From: Camelus ferus
Taxonomy: Eukaryota
Length of the DNA: 64,000 nucleotides
Direction of reading: 5' to 3'
NCBI RefSeq assembly: GCF_009834535.1
Contig: NC_045696.1
Span: forward strand, 50,532,001-50,596,000
Shown here piece by piece: positions 1 to 13,684 of this stretch (positions are counted from its first letter, which is position 1; the number at the start of each line of letters is the position of its first letter). Position numbers and translations under genes: made by a program. The notes beneath the pieces are model-generated. The model saw only the letters and a program-made list of their open reading frames with translations, was not told the origin of the DNA and did not search any database.

Positions 1-372
1 TCCCGCTGAAGCTGTGGGCAGACTGACCGTCTCTCCTGCTAGAGGTGGAGCTAGAGCTCCCTGAGGATTAAATCTGGCTTATCCCCAGGCTTAGCATACC
101 ACAGACACTCCTAACACTTTCTGAATGAAAGGATGGAATGGTGAAGGGTATAAGTGAATAATCCAATTAACCAAGTTTACTTTCTTCCTCCCAATGATAT
201 ATATAGATTTGCCCAACAAAAGCAGTAAACAGAATTTGTTTGAGCAGATCCTAATTTTAGCCCCCAGCTTACTGGACATCCCATTTTAAAGGCAGCTAAC
301 TTGAATATATGTACTTGTGCCCTAAATGGTAACAAAAAAAGTAAAGGAATGTAATTTTTGTAATATACTTAC

Positions 373-626
373 CTATAGCCTTGAGCTTCCACATGTTTAA
401 GCCGGTTGCTTTTAAGAAGTTTACTACCCAGAAAGGTGGTCTGAGCCTTGAGTTTTTTGCTCCTACACCACTGAATCGCCATTTGGATTTCTTTAGAAAG
501 TTCTATGAAGGTCTCAGCTTCTTGGAATCTTTGCACAAAACTTTTCACACAGGGAGTTCCTATTGCTTTCCAAGAATGTTTGGTTGCCTTTAATTTGGAT
601 TGAGAACATTTAAACTCAAAGTTAGT
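373..626 (-). CDS. NEPRO: NEPRO coding exon 8 ([13 protein letters not shown]...[15 protein letters not shown]); gene continues beyond the window start
   Basis: Acceptor catttcag|ACT, donor AG|gtaagt; 254 nt; contained in ORF 369..689. Confidence 0.95.
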
Positions 627-1579
627 CTGAAATGTGGAAAGGTGATAAAAATATATTGGATTTGTTAAAGACTTACAAATATATGACAACAGAGAAAAGC
701 TGACTCATAGACTATCAAAATTTGAAAATACGTCTTTTTAAAAGAAGGAAACAAGTTTTTTTCCAGCTCACTATGCTTTCCTTTTGTCTTAAATTTTTTA
801 TTCTCTGCTCCTAACACAAGGTTTCCTCCCCCCTCTGCTACAGTAGATCCCATCTGTAGCTGAATTCAGTTGTACACAGGTAGCAATATAAGTATTTCCA
901 TACCTGTCTATTTATTTAACCTACACATAAGAATAAAAGTCCACATGATTAAGTACTGGTCAAAACCTATCTGGTAGGGGAAAAAAACCCAAAAACTGAA
1001 GAGTCCTTTTCCTCTATACTGGGCTACCACAGCTTGTTTTTCATTTATTTCTATATCCTGAGTCACCGTCCTCAATGATGGGTCATAAATGTTACTGAAA
1101 ACGTGTGAAGATGGGGATGATTGCTGAATGTATATTAAAAATGCTTAATTGAGCAACATTTCCAATTCAGTCATCTTTTGATGTGGCACCTTTGTCTCTT
1201 CAACCTCATCTTTCTGTATAAAGTCAAGTTTGAATTTTATCAACTTTTACTGTTTATTAAAATGTGCCACCTTTAGGTCTTCTTCTATACTCCATTCAAA
1301 ACTTACCTTCTTCCAAATATCTCTCTCAAAAAATATTAAAAAGTAGTAGGAAATATGAAAGGTGGAGACCTATCAATACTTTGTGTTGGAGCTCAATAAA
1401 AGAAGTTTGACTAAAACTTTAGCATACTGGTGCTAAACGCTAAAAATGTGGTAGTGATTGGTCATGAATAAGAGGGATGCTGGGACCAGCTCACCTAGGA
1501 TCAGGTGGATGGACTGCAGAAATCTCAAGGGTCACAGAGAGCCACAGTTCTTAAGAGAGAGCTGACAGAACTATTTGGG

Positions 1580-1826
1580 GGACTAGTGTAACAAAAAAGA
1601 ACAAAGACTGTGAAACCAAACTGCCTGTGTTCAGATCCCAGCTCTGCCCTGTATCTGCTGTGTGGCCTGAGCAAATTTCTTGTCCTTTCTATGCCTCAAT
1701 TTTTTCATCTGAAATATGGAAACAAGAATAACAGTATGTAACTCACAGGGCTTTTGCAAGGATTATATGAGTTAATACATACAAACTGTTTTGAACAATG
1801 CCTGGCAAGAGTAAATGCAGTATAGG
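1580..1826 (+). mobile_element. MIR SINE
   Basis: MIR core motifs (ttcagatcccagctctgcc; tatgcctcaattttttcatctg). Confidence 0.75.
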
Positions 1827-1866
1827 GATGATGATGGTGGTGATGATGATGATGGTGATGATGATG
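1827..1866. repeat. (GAT/GGT)n microsatellite
   Basis: gatgatgatggtggtgatgatgatgatggtgatgatgatg. Confidence 0.9.
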
Positions 1867-2214
1867 TCGTCTCCCTCTGGAACTCATGAACTGGACAAAA
1901 TGTAAATGCAAGCTGGAATCCGGGTAAACCTTCAGGAAAGTACTCTGACTTACTATAAATGATTAAGGATTCTTGAATAGAATGGAAGAAATAACCCATG
2001 TAGGAAACCGGAAGAAAACAATTTTGAGAAGAGAGGATAAAAGAAGTCAAGAAGTTAGTGATGAAAGAGGGTGACACTGATGTTATTTGTGCTAGGTCCA
2101 AACAAACAGAATTTACAGACACTGGGCAAGAAGAGGAATCATGTTAAAGCTTGAACTCTGACAGGAAGAAAGAAATAGAAGCCTCATGACAAAGGATGAG
2201 GATAGTGATAATGA

Positions 2215-2450
2215 TGAAAATAGCTAACAACATCTAACATCAGTTAGGTGCTTACCATACTCCAGACTCTGTGCTGAACACTATACATGCACTAAAACTG
2301 GCACAACTCTATGAGGTACATACTATTATTAGAAAATAGAGGTAGGGAAGGTCAAGAAACTTACATAAGGTCACACAGCTAGGAGAAACCAAACCCAGGA
2401 CTCAAACCATTTCTGTCTGACTGCAAAACTCATACTTTAAAGCAGTACAG
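2215..2450 (-). mobile_element. MIR SINE
   Basis: aactctatgaggtac...aaggtcacacagctag...ggactcaaacc. Confidence 0.7.
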
Positions 2451-2736
2451 TCCACTCCTATGATGGATCCTAGGATCATTTTAAAATTCTAGCATAAAGC
2501 AAAACTCTTAGTAAAATGTTTCTGAAGGCATTCTACTAACTGAATTAACTAGAGGCACTCAAACCCCTTGGGAGTGCCTCTATTCATTCAGAAGCTTAGG
2601 TTGAGAACTAAGATGGCACTATGCTTAGGGCTGGGGTCAAAAGTAGAAGTAAGATTCAGTCTCTGCCCTTGGTAAGTGGCATCTACTCTACAAATTAGCA
2701 GAAGTCATAAGCTGTATTAAAGTAAGTCAAACAAAC

Positions 2737-2798
2737 CTGAATAGTTTTATGTTTCAGCTGTTTGCAGAAAGCCCTCACATCAAATTCTGATGATTCTT
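2737..2798 (-). CDS. NEPRO: NEPRO coding exon 7 (EESSEFDVRAFCKQLKHKTIQ)
   Basis: Acceptor ctccacag|AA, donor CAG|gtttgt; 62 nt; phase-consistent. Confidence 0.94.
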
Positions 2799-3131
2799 CT
2801 GTGGAGATGGGAAGATCACAGATATAAAAACTTAGGCAACTCTTTTCAAATCAACAAATTCTTACGTGCAAGAAAACATTGCCAAACTACTACAAAAGAA
2901 ATAAAGGGAATTAAGCAAGCCAAGAACTATGAAGCAACAGAAACAAATAACTAAATGCTTAAGTTTAAAAACGCAGGTATTATCATGCCTCTCTAAAGAT
3001 AATTAATGTGAGTTAAAATTAATTAGCGAGATGCTGAATTTCTTCCTATACAATGTGTAACTATACTGTAATTTCAGCAGGTTTTTTTGGTTTGTTTTTT
3101 TTAGAGTATGTACCATATCAAAGCAAATTAC

Positions 3132-3493
3132 CTTTTAAGATTTTCTTTTTCTTTACTGGCTGTCCAAGATCCACATTATTCTGTATATCGATCTTCATTT
3201 GTTTAGATTTTTTGGAAATTCTAAGTAAAGTTTCCTCACTGGACCTTTGTGATTGCTCTTTTGTTAAAAACAGTTTATTTAGCAATTTAGTTACTCCTTT
3301 AGCTGCAAAAGCTATAGGCATTTTTTTCTTAAAGACTTCAAAATAGGGCTCTCCTAAAAATTCAGCAATATCAGAAGGAAAGGTGAAACCTTTGAAGTAA
3401 GGCAATGGTTGAATCCTGGAGACCTCCTGAAGTAATCCAAACAATGGCTCATATAAAGAAATCAGTCTTTTTAAAACATCTTTATAGAGAACC
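3132..3493 (-). CDS. NEPRO: NEPRO coding exon 6 ([24 protein letters not shown]...[11 protein letters not shown])
   Basis: Acceptor ttctctag|G, donor AAG|gtaatt; 362 nt; overlaps ORF 3118..3444. Confidence 0.96.
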
Positions 3494-4263
3494 CTAGAGA
3501 AAGAAGAAACAGGACCTCATCGATTAGCCAGTAGTTATAATTTACAGATGACATAATAACCATAACAGATTCAAGGCTGAAAATAATGTCTGTCAATCTG
3601 CCCGTTTTTAGTACATACTTTCAAAGAGCCAAGATTAGTCCAGCCCGAACAGAAAAATCCAAGTATAAAATGTTATGTATATAAAGCCAAATGAAGTACT
3701 ACATGGAGATACATCTCACAGGATGTACATCAAAATCTTAAGTGTGGTCTTATCTTGATGGTGAGATTTTAGACAAATTTCAGGTTCTTCACATTTTTTG
3801 TTTTTAAAATTTTCTTAAGCATGTATTATTGTAATCAGCAAAAATTCAAGCTATTTTCATTATAGAAAAGAATAATGAATGCTTGACACTTTAAAATAAT
3901 ATGATTAGTAATTCTAACATTATTAGTTCTAAAAATAAGCAGAATAAAAAACAAGATGATTGGAAATAGTACTTGAGATACCCAGGTTACGATATCAAAA
4001 CAAGAGGATTCTCTTTTTCTCTTCATTCAAATAAGAGCTAATCACCCCCATTGTTTAAAATGGACAAAAATAGTTCTCCTTATAAATTTAGGCAGATTTT
4101 TGAGTCCAATTATCCATCAAATAAGTTTCATAATATATTGTGAGGTGAAAGGGAAGGTCTGCAACTAGTATTACCAGTGATCTTTACTTCAACTATGTCT
4201 CAAAAAGCAGGTGTTTTTCAGGTGGAAGAAAGGAATCTAGACCACATAAAGAAGGTCACTGCC

Positions 4264-4450
4264 GGGGGGGGGGGGGGGGGGAGGATATAGCTCCCAATAG
4301 AGCGCAGCAGGCTTAGCATGTACTGGGGTTCAATCCCCAGTACCTCCATTCTAAAGAAACAAACATACCTAATTACCTCCCCTCCAAGAAAATTAATAAA
4401 AAATTTAAAAACTTACAAAAAAATTAACACAACATTGGTTTTTAAAAAAA
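4264..4450 (+). mobile_element. Camelid tRNA-Ala-derived SINE (Vic-1-like) with an 18-G head
   Basis: G-run, then gaggatatagctc...gcttagcatg...gggttcaatccccagtacctcca, acctaattacctcccc and an A-rich tail. Confidence 0.85.
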
Positions 4451-4812
4451 ATTAGAAACCGAGTGGCAGAATCAAATGATACAGACTGCCTGGGAACAGC
4501 TTCATTTTAAATGACCCACCTGCTGAACGATTACAGTAACCATTTTTTCTTTTGTTAATTCCAGTTGCTAATCCTAGCAATTCACTTGCTTAATTGTTTA
4601 GTGATGAGGTTAATTCATGGCTTCAGATTCAAAGCCTAGTCTTTTGACATAACCATCAACACTTAGCTTCCCAGTCCACCACAGATAAACTCTGATGAAA
4701 TGAAGAAACAGAATTCCTGCACCTTCAGCACCCCATGGGAAAGCAAACATGAAAACTAGTAATGAGAAACCTAGGCTGAGTTAAAGAGATGAAAAAGAAA
4801 TGAAGCATTTCA

Positions 4813-5334
<522 letters not shown>

Positions 5335-5466
5335 AGAAATGTCTTGCAGCAACAGTCCAAAAGGCGTAGCAGCAACTTGCAGGCTCCTAAAATCTTCATC
5401 AACACGAATTCCACCACTGGTTGGCTGGGGATGACACATGCTCTGGTAGCTACAGGCTGATTTTCA
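5335..5466 (-). CDS. NEPRO: NEPRO coding exon 4 ([43 protein letters not shown])
   Basis: Acceptor tttttgtcaag|T; 132 nt; ends at the U12-type donor CT|gtatccttga. Confidence 0.94.
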
Positions 5467-5839
5467 CTTGACAAAAACAGAAAAGTACATTACTTTCATT
5501 CTTAAATATAAAGTACTTATATAGCAGTTTTCAAGTGCAGACTTGCTTTAAGCTCAATTTGAGGTAGTGATGCTTAATGACTCACTGAAGTTGACTGACA
5601 CTGATGTTTCAATATAACTTATCATGACCCTGATTTCAGTGTCATGCTATTCTCTCCTAAAGGCCAAGAGAAGATTACCACAAATACCAGGGGCCCTTTA
5701 TTAAAACAAAGTTTGTACAGCTGAGGTATAATTGTTTATATTCCAGTAATAATCAAAGGAAAGTCTAAAGCAAGGTCACAGCAAGTCACTGAGTTCCCAG
5801 CCCACCACAAAGCCCACTGCAAAGCAGATGGACCACTTA

Positions 5840-5938
<99 letters not shown>

Positions 5939-6149
5939 TCAAATTCATATGTATATTATACAGACAAGGCCGCTGATGTGACCAGGAGAACAAAGAGATG
6001 CAAAATTTCGAAGTACAGAAATACACTGAATACCACAGAATGCCTTTTTTTTAAGGGTAAAGAAACCTGCAGCCCAAAGCGTATTGCTTCCGGTTAAAAT
6101 TTTGAAATTTATCCAGCCAAGTAAACTTCTCAAATCAGTTTATGACTAA

Positions 6150-7170
6150 GAATTTACTATATGTCAGGATGTGCTTAATGCTATAAAGGGGACCAAGGTA
6201 AGAATAAGATTATTCTCAAGATGATAATTTTTCTGAAGCAACATGATTTCTAATAGTGAAACTATTAAAACAAGATAGTAAATTGTTAAGTACTAAATTT
6301 CAACAGCCTGTAAGTGCCACAGACAGGAAGAAAGCAATGGAGGGACTGGGCTTTCTGAACATACAGGACCAGGTGAGCAAGGCTCAGGAAGGAACGAGTG
6401 TGGTGAGTAGGATTCATGAAGAGTTCAGGTTCCTTGGAATAGAAAGTGTATGAAGATAAAGACCAGAGAGAAGCCTGAGCTAAGGAAAGCTGAAGAGCAG
6501 GATCACAAAAGGTCTTGTTAGCTAAGCTCAGAGGTTTAGTCTTTATTCAGGAGGCAGTGGAGGACCAGTAATAACCAAAGCTGTGTTTCAGGATGATTAA
6601 CCTGGCTTTGGTACACATGAATATGCCAGCATGGAGAAAAGACTGGAGGAGGAAAGATCAGTCAGGATTGCAAGACAACTAAAAGTTGACAAGGCCTGAA
6701 AAAAGAGATGGCAGCCGGAACTAAAAGAAGGGACTAGATGCAGAGAAAGTTTTGACTGATAGTTGACCAGATGGAAGAGCTACCTAAGGGAAGAAGCAGA
6801 GAAACAGAACACCAGATTGTTCTGACTGGATAATTATTCACAACTTGGAAGCCAGGAGGAGAAATCTGTAAATTCAATCTGAGGTGACAAGTTTGGTTTT
6901 GGAGTAAAAAGACTCAGAAGGAGATAAAAGCTGTCCCAGAGAAGAAACTTAAGAAAACACAATGATCCCAAATCTTTCTTTGATGAAAAAATCTTCATTG
7001 TTTTTGCCTTAAGTAATGGGAGTGGAAAATTAACCAGAGAACATGAATCTGTGAGGTAGAGGTTATGTCTGTCTTTTTCACCCCTGTTTACCCAGCACGA
7101 AGCATAGTGCCTGGCACATGAAGTTTCAAAAATATATGGAGAATTAATAAAATTCATGAATGAGTATATA
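6150..7170. mobile_element. Degenerate L2 LINE fragments
   Basis: L2-like purine-rich tract and a 3' end (gcatagtgcctggcaca...atgaatga). Confidence 0.55.
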
Positions 7171-7673
7171 AGGAACTCAGCTTAAGAGGCTCTACTCTGT
7201 GGTGTAGTCCCTGAGCTGGAGAGCCCAATTTTGTCTTAAACTCCAACCCTTAAACAAAACCACGTTACACCACAACTTATTAAATACTCATTTACTCTAA
7301 TATATTTCCAGTTAGAATACATACTCCAGAATAAGTAAATCACAACTCTGTTTTTTTAATGGTTTTGGGATTTTGATTATGCTTAGGAAAACTGGTTCTT
7401 AATCCACCACTTTGTCTTGATCAAATCACTCAATCTTTAAACTAAGCAAAGGTACAGTCATTTATTATAGCTTACATATAATGAAGAAAACTTTTCATAA
7501 AAATTACCTACCTACTAGAAACAAGACTGGGAAAGAATCATAGTTCCTTTCTATAATAAGCTGTTCTTGAAATGCTTTCAGAAAAATAAAAAAATGAAAG
7601 TGTGCACATTAACTGTGGGCTGAAGACTTACAAATGACAATTTACCATGATTTCCATAAATAACAAATTATTA

Positions 7674-7979
<306 letters not shown>

Positions 7980-9179
7980 TCACTTGTTTAAAGAAATGAA
8001 GAATAAATTAACATAATCAGCTTCACCTATAACAACATAATGATTCTACATATGTAAAAAGTTGGAAAATGATGACATGATATCAAGTCCAGGAAATCAT
8101 TAAGAGAACATCTAAGATTACATCTGTTAAACTACAATGTAATGTATATTTTTACTTCCCATTTATCATGATTTTAATAATCTTTCATATGAATACTTTG
8201 CAGCCAACCATTTGGTGTACACTTAACACCTTAAGGACCTTGAAGGTGGGACACATGTTGTATACTTCTCTAAATCCCATTTTGCTCTGCACATAAGCAT
8301 GACAGAATAGATAAATTCATACTCTTAAAAGACAAAGGTACTGTATTTGGGTACCACTTTAAGAATACACTCAAAAAGAGAAACCACTGTAACAACTGGA
8401 AATTATATAATGAACGTCAGACTCAACACAGGGTGCTTAGCAAAACAAGGTATCAGCTTCCTAGTCTAAAAAGCTATGAAGTAGAAGATGGAATTGATGT
8501 GTTCTCTGTGGCTCTGAGGGTAGCACTAGCATCCTAAGGAGAACTAATACAAAGGCAGATTTTTGTGTAATGTGGCGAACTTTCTTATTGCCCCAACTAT
8601 TTAAGGCCAGAAAGGGTTGCCTTAGGGGTGGGGAGAGAGTTGGTGAATTTCCACCCCTAATAGGAATCCTGTTAAGGAATTTTTGAATAGAGGAAGGGGA
8701 AAGATTAATGTGTAAACTGTGCAGGATGGATGTATGGGGAGGGAGATGCGATGATTAGATAGCTTACAAGTATTTAATATTAAAAATAATAGCTATTATT
8801 TGTTTATTTACCGTATCAGGAACTGTTCCAAATGCTTTACCTATAATATTAACTCTTTCATCAAAATAGCTTTACGAGGCAAGTATTATTTTTATCTTCA
8901 TTTGAAAATGAACTGAGGACCTGAAAGCTTCAATAACGACACCTCTATCCCTCACCCTAGCTGCAGCAGAATAAGAGCCAGGATGCAAATCCAGGCCAAG
9001 CTCGTACTGCCCTACTGCCTAATAACTGCCTAATAATGGTAATGCCATCATACACTGATAGAACACTTTAGTTTAAGAGCACGCCCTCCTACATGACATC
9101 ATCAGATCGTCCCCACAATCCGGTGATGGGTTGGGAAAACTAACCCCATTCTACATTTAAGGAATGGGGAACCCAGAAA

Positions 9180-9990
9180 GACTGCGGCGTAAGTGCAGAA
9201 TGCGGTAAAAGTGACGGCCCGCAGTCCCTCAGAGGCAGAAGCTGGAAAAGACTGAGGAGTAACCACGGCTCTGGGGGGCCTGAGTTAACGAAGGGTTCCC
9301 AGGCAGCACTTTTCCTTCACGCCCTGTGGGCTCGGGGCTGGGTCTCGGGCCTTAGGCGCTCAGCCAGGCCCTGCGTTCGGCACGGTGGGCGAAGAGGACC
9401 GTGAAGCCCGGTGCCCTAAAAGCTTCCTTAGCAAACACCGGAGCCCAGGCCATGCTCGGCCGCGGCTCTTCCCAGCGTCCTGCGGGCTCCGGAAGTCCCG
9501 CCCCCGCGCACGTGCGCCGGCCCCGGCCCGGAAAGGCCTACCCCTGCTCGCCAGGCGCCTCACTCACCCAGCGCCGCGCTGGGGTCCTGTACTGTCACTT
9601 CGCTGCGGCTCCCTGCCTTGGGGATCCTCACGCGGTTCCACGGCTCCGGGCCCGGTAGCAGGGCAGCCATCTTGGAAGGCAGGGGAGGGGCTGGAGAAGG
9701 CGGAGCTAGGCGAGAGCAAGTGGAGCAACCCACGGAGGAGACGACGTCAGGGGCGGGAAGAAGGCAAGGGGCGGGAAGAGGGCAAGGGGTGGGGCGGGAA
9801 GAGGGCTAGGGGTGGGGCAGGGGTGGGTCCTTCACGGAATCGTAGACCGAATACCGTAGACCTGAAGGACCCCGGTTGTCATCCAGCCCCTTGTTACCAG
9901 TGCCTGGCCGGGTATCAGAATCACTTGGGAGAAGGGGAGAGGGCAGGGAAGCCCCATCCCGGTACTAAATCAGAATCGCAGAATTAGGCG
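9180..9990. promoter_or_regulatory. CpG-island promoter of NEPRO
   Basis: GC- and CpG-rich. ETS site CCGGAAGT 9489-9496, GC box 9497-9504, palindrome GCGCACGTGCGC 9506-9517, YY1-like AAGATGGC over the ATG, CRE-like GACGTCA 9743-9749, repeated GGGGCGGGAA 9750-9808. Confidence 0.9.
9568..9670 (-). CDS. NEPRO: NEPRO coding exon 1 ([34 protein letters not shown])
   Basis: ATG at 9670-9668 in context ccaagATGG; 103 nt; donor G|GTGAGT; matches the recalled human N-terminus ([12 protein letters not shown]); lies inside the CpG island. Confidence 0.95.
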
Positions 9991-10050
9991 GGGAATCTGC
10001 ATTGCTTCCCCACGAGATTCGGAGGCACAACCAATTTTGAAACTACTGCA
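9875..10050. mobile_element. MER5-type hAT-Charlie MITE
   Basis: atcagaatcacttggg...actaaatcagaatc...ttttgaaactactg. Confidence 0.65.
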
Positions 10051-10601
10051 AGGCATTTTACAGATGTGTAAAGTGAGGCCCACAGTTAACTTAGTGCATA
10101 TAGCCCCATCTCCACCTCAGACATTAGGGGAAAAGGAAGAAATAAAATAAAGAGACCTATATAAAGTGTATATTTGTAACGCAGAAGTGTTTGAGTTAGG
10201 GAAGGCTCTACCTTGAGGAGCAGCAAAACCTCGATCACATCGCAGAAACTTGGAGGCTGTCTGACTCTCCATCAACCCTATCTTATATCAGTGTCCAGAA
10301 CAAGACGACATTTATTCCAAACTTTGCTGATCTTCACCTCATTAATATCTTTCTAATAGTTCATTTATATTTAGCCACCCTGATGCCACCTTAAGACCCC
10401 CACTATAATGTGTTGAAACACTTTACATGCTGTGTGTCACTCTGTACATACTAATTTCTCTACCTGGACCATTTCTCTGAAACACAATCTCAGCTCTGGT
10501 GTTATCACCTAGGTAATTCTTCTTGAGCATCCTGTCCCCACTCCATAGCTTGATAGAGAGACCCCTTTAAGTACTACCATAAAGTGTCCTTTGTTGGCCT
10601 C

Positions 10602-11088
10602 TGTATCAGCTTCCTGTTGCTGCTATAACAGATTACTACAAACATCGTCACTTAAGACAGTTATTATATTACATTTCTGGAGGTCAGAAGTCCAAAATGG
10701 ATTTCAATGGACTAAAGTTGGCAGGGCTGGATCCTTCTGGAGGCTGTAGTGGAGAATTCATTTTCTTCTTTTTTCCAGCTTCTAGAACTGCCACCTGCAT
10801 TCCTTGCTCATGTCTCCATCTTCCATTTTCAAAGTCAGTAGCATAGCATCTTCCAATCTGTCTCCACCCTCTTTCTCTCTTACTCTTCTGCCTGCTTCTG
10901 TCTCGAAAGGACACTAGTGATTACGCTGAGCCCACCAACATAACCCAGGATAATCTCCTCATTTCAGAATCTTTAACTTAGTCACATCTACAAAATCTAT
11001 TTTGCAGTGTAAGCTAAATTCACAGATTTGGGGGATTAGGATGTAGATATTGGTGAGGGGTGGGGGAGGCATTATTCAGCCTACCACA
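10602..11088 (-). mobile_element. MaLR solo LTR (MLT1B/C/D type)
   Basis: TG...CA termini (tgtatcagcttcc...cagcctaccaca); near-TSD gcctc/gactc; MLT1 motifs. Confidence 0.85.
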
Positions 11089-11917
11089 GACTCACAGAAT
11101 TTATCTTGCTGTATTGTATTAGTTTGTATATATGTCTCTTTCTCCAGTGGTATGTGAGCTTACTGAAGGCAGAATTGGCTTTTACCCTAAAGACTGCTGG
11201 CTCCCAACCCTGGCTGGTCATAATTACCTGGATAGTTTTTTAAAATAGAAAATTTTCAGGCTCCATTTTGAAAATTCTTATTAGTCAGGCCTGAGTAGAG
11301 CTCTAATCCTTGTTTTGTAAACGCTCCTTGTGATGGTGGTCTGGATTGTAATTCCCTTGCTGCAGATGACAAAGGAGTCATTGAGTCTTAGGCTAGGCAG
11401 TTTTGGTCACCTTGCGTCAGAGGACGAGCACTCTGGAGAAGAGATTTGAAGGAGATGAGACTGGAGGTAGGGAGGTAAGGGGCTCTATTGCAAAAGCTGA
11501 GGCAAGAGATGACAAAGGCCTGAATTCAGACACAGGCACTGAAGGTGGACATTATGACTTATTTAGATGTCCAGTATTTAGGTATTCAAATGTCTAATAT
11601 GACTTCCAGACTTTTGCCTTGAGTTTGAGATGTGGCATCCAAAACCAGAACAAATTTAGGTAGGTAGCAGGGATAATAAGATAACTTTTGGTATAATGAG
11701 TTTGAGATTGCCCATGGGCTGTTCACAGAATATGTCCAATTTGCCAGCTGAATAAATGGGACTGTAGCTCCAAGAGTAATTGCAAAGAGAGGAAGTGGAG
11801 ATGATGAACATAATGTCTTTAGAAGCTTAAATGAGACAGGAAGATAGCATTTATGTGATAACAGAGATGTAGGATCAAGCTGGGTATTGTTTTGTTTTGT
11901 TCCAAATTTAAGGGTAG

Positions 11918-11975
11918 TGTATCAGGGTTCCATCAGTCAAATAGGACCAGTAGCAGATTATATATTGTATATCTA

Positions 11976-12009
<34 letters not shown>

Positions 12010-12374
12010 GGACTTTTGAAAAGAAATCGGCTTACACAACTGTGGGGGTTAGACAGTCAAGTCTGAAATTCGTAGGGCAACCTATCAGGAAAGGTAGTCT
12101 GGAAACAGGCAGGAGCTGAAGTTGCAGTCTTCAGATGGAATTTCTTCTCCTTTTTGTCCTCAGGGAAACCACAGTTCTGTTCTTAAGGCCTTTTAAAGGG
12201 GTTGAATCAGTCTTCCCCAGATTACCCAGGATAATCTCCTTTACATAAAGTTGACTGACTGCAGCTGATAATCACATCTATAGAATACCATCACAACGAC
12301 CCCTGGGCTAGTGTTTGATTGAATAACTGGGTACTCTAGCCTAGCTGTGTTGACACATAAAACTGACCGTCACA
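11918..12374 (-). mobile_element. ERVL solo LTR (MLT2 type) containing a (TG)n tract
   Basis: tgtatcagggttc...ttgacacataaaactgaccgtcaca; inserted into L2. Confidence 0.8.
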
Positions 12375-13684
12375 CACAGGAAGTGATTTGATCACCCAAA
12401 TAGGCTGAGGGAAATGGGGCCAAAAGAGTGAAAGAAACTGGACCTACTAAAGAGATCAAGGGGAGAGAATTGATGAAGGAAGATCTGTTATTCATTCAGA
12501 AAACTTTTTGAGCATCAGCTGTTTGCCAGACACCATACTAGGTTGCAGAGAGGACAAGCAGGGGTGGGACCAAGTGCTTAGGTAGAGAAGTTGCTTTCAA
12601 GATCAAAAAGCCTTTATTTTCTGAGCCCAGGCAGCAATAAAGGTAGCTTTAGATATAGACATGTTTGGGGTAGGGTAACAGAAAGATGAGGGAGCCCCAG
12701 AATGAAAGCTCCTATGTTGTCAGTGGAGAAGGATTTGAATCATTACCAAGAATGGAGGGCAGGAAGATGGGTTCTGGATGAGTAGTGGATATTTAAAATC
12801 AGAGCTTCCTTGAATTTAGGGGTGTGGAAGAGGCATGGACTGTTTTTAAGGAGAAAGTAAGGATTTAGGGCCATGCTTTTATAATTTCGAATTTGCAAAG
12901 AAAGATTACCACAGACACAAGTGACCATGAAATAGATAGAACCTTGTCCATCTCATTGACAATATAAGAAATACAGATAAAAATAATGTTGAGGTATTGT
13001 CAAATAGGGTAAAAAACATGATGGCCATGTTACTAGGGCCTTGGACAAAAATTTAGACACAGATTTATCCTTTGTTATTATAATCATGAAAGCAGAAAAA
13101 GATAATAGTCCCACAGTGAGTCAGTCGTTTTCTAATATTTTGGCAGTGGAATTATTTTTCCTTATAAAAATCTTAACATAGAAATCCAATATATAAAACA
13201 AAAATAGAATTGCAGCGGTTAAGGGTGCAAGGTAGGACTCAGGAACCTCCCATTAAGGCCCCCTGCCCAGGCTCCTGAAGTACCTCCCAACACCACTTCC
13301 CAGGAACAGTTTGGACTCCAGTGTTGTAAATAAGTAAATGTGTATTGATATGAGCAATTTTTTTTATCATACATTGTTTTTTAAAGCAGTTTAAGAATCT
13401 CTATGTACAGTGTGATTCCATGAAAAAAAAATGTACATCCATACATTGAGAACAAGATCTGGAAGATCTAAAGGAAGGTGTTAACAATGATTATCTTTTC
13501 AGCAGTAGGATGGATCTTTTTTTCTTCTTTGAGCTTATTTGTATTTTCTAGTTAAAGGAAAGCAGTATGTGTTGCTGTTGTAATGAGAAAAAGATTATTT
13601 TTAATGCTAAAATAGTGCTCATCAAACCTTACGATATGTGTGTGCAGGTGTGTGTGTGTGTTGTGTGCATATGCCAACATATTC

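Noticed and set aside
1705..1911. ORF with a poly-histidine run
   Set aside because: It is the translation of a (GAT/GGT)n microsatellite at the end of a MIR in a NEPRO intron, with no splice or homology support.
4600..4696. Box C (GTGATGA) to box D (CTGA) snoRNA-like spacing
   Set aside because: Antisense to the host gene, no convincing terminal stem, and the interior resembles decayed MIR.
5596..5644. 9-bp inverted repeat TGACACTGA/TCAGTGTCA in intron 3
   Set aside because: Short stem with a long loop and no proper C/D or H/ACA box arrangement on the sense strand; compatible with chance.
9385..9987. 200-aa plus-strand ORF and other ORFs over the promoter
   Set aside because: Stop-poor GC-rich CpG island antisense to NEPRO exon 1; low-complexity R/G/P/A composition; runs into a MER5 element.
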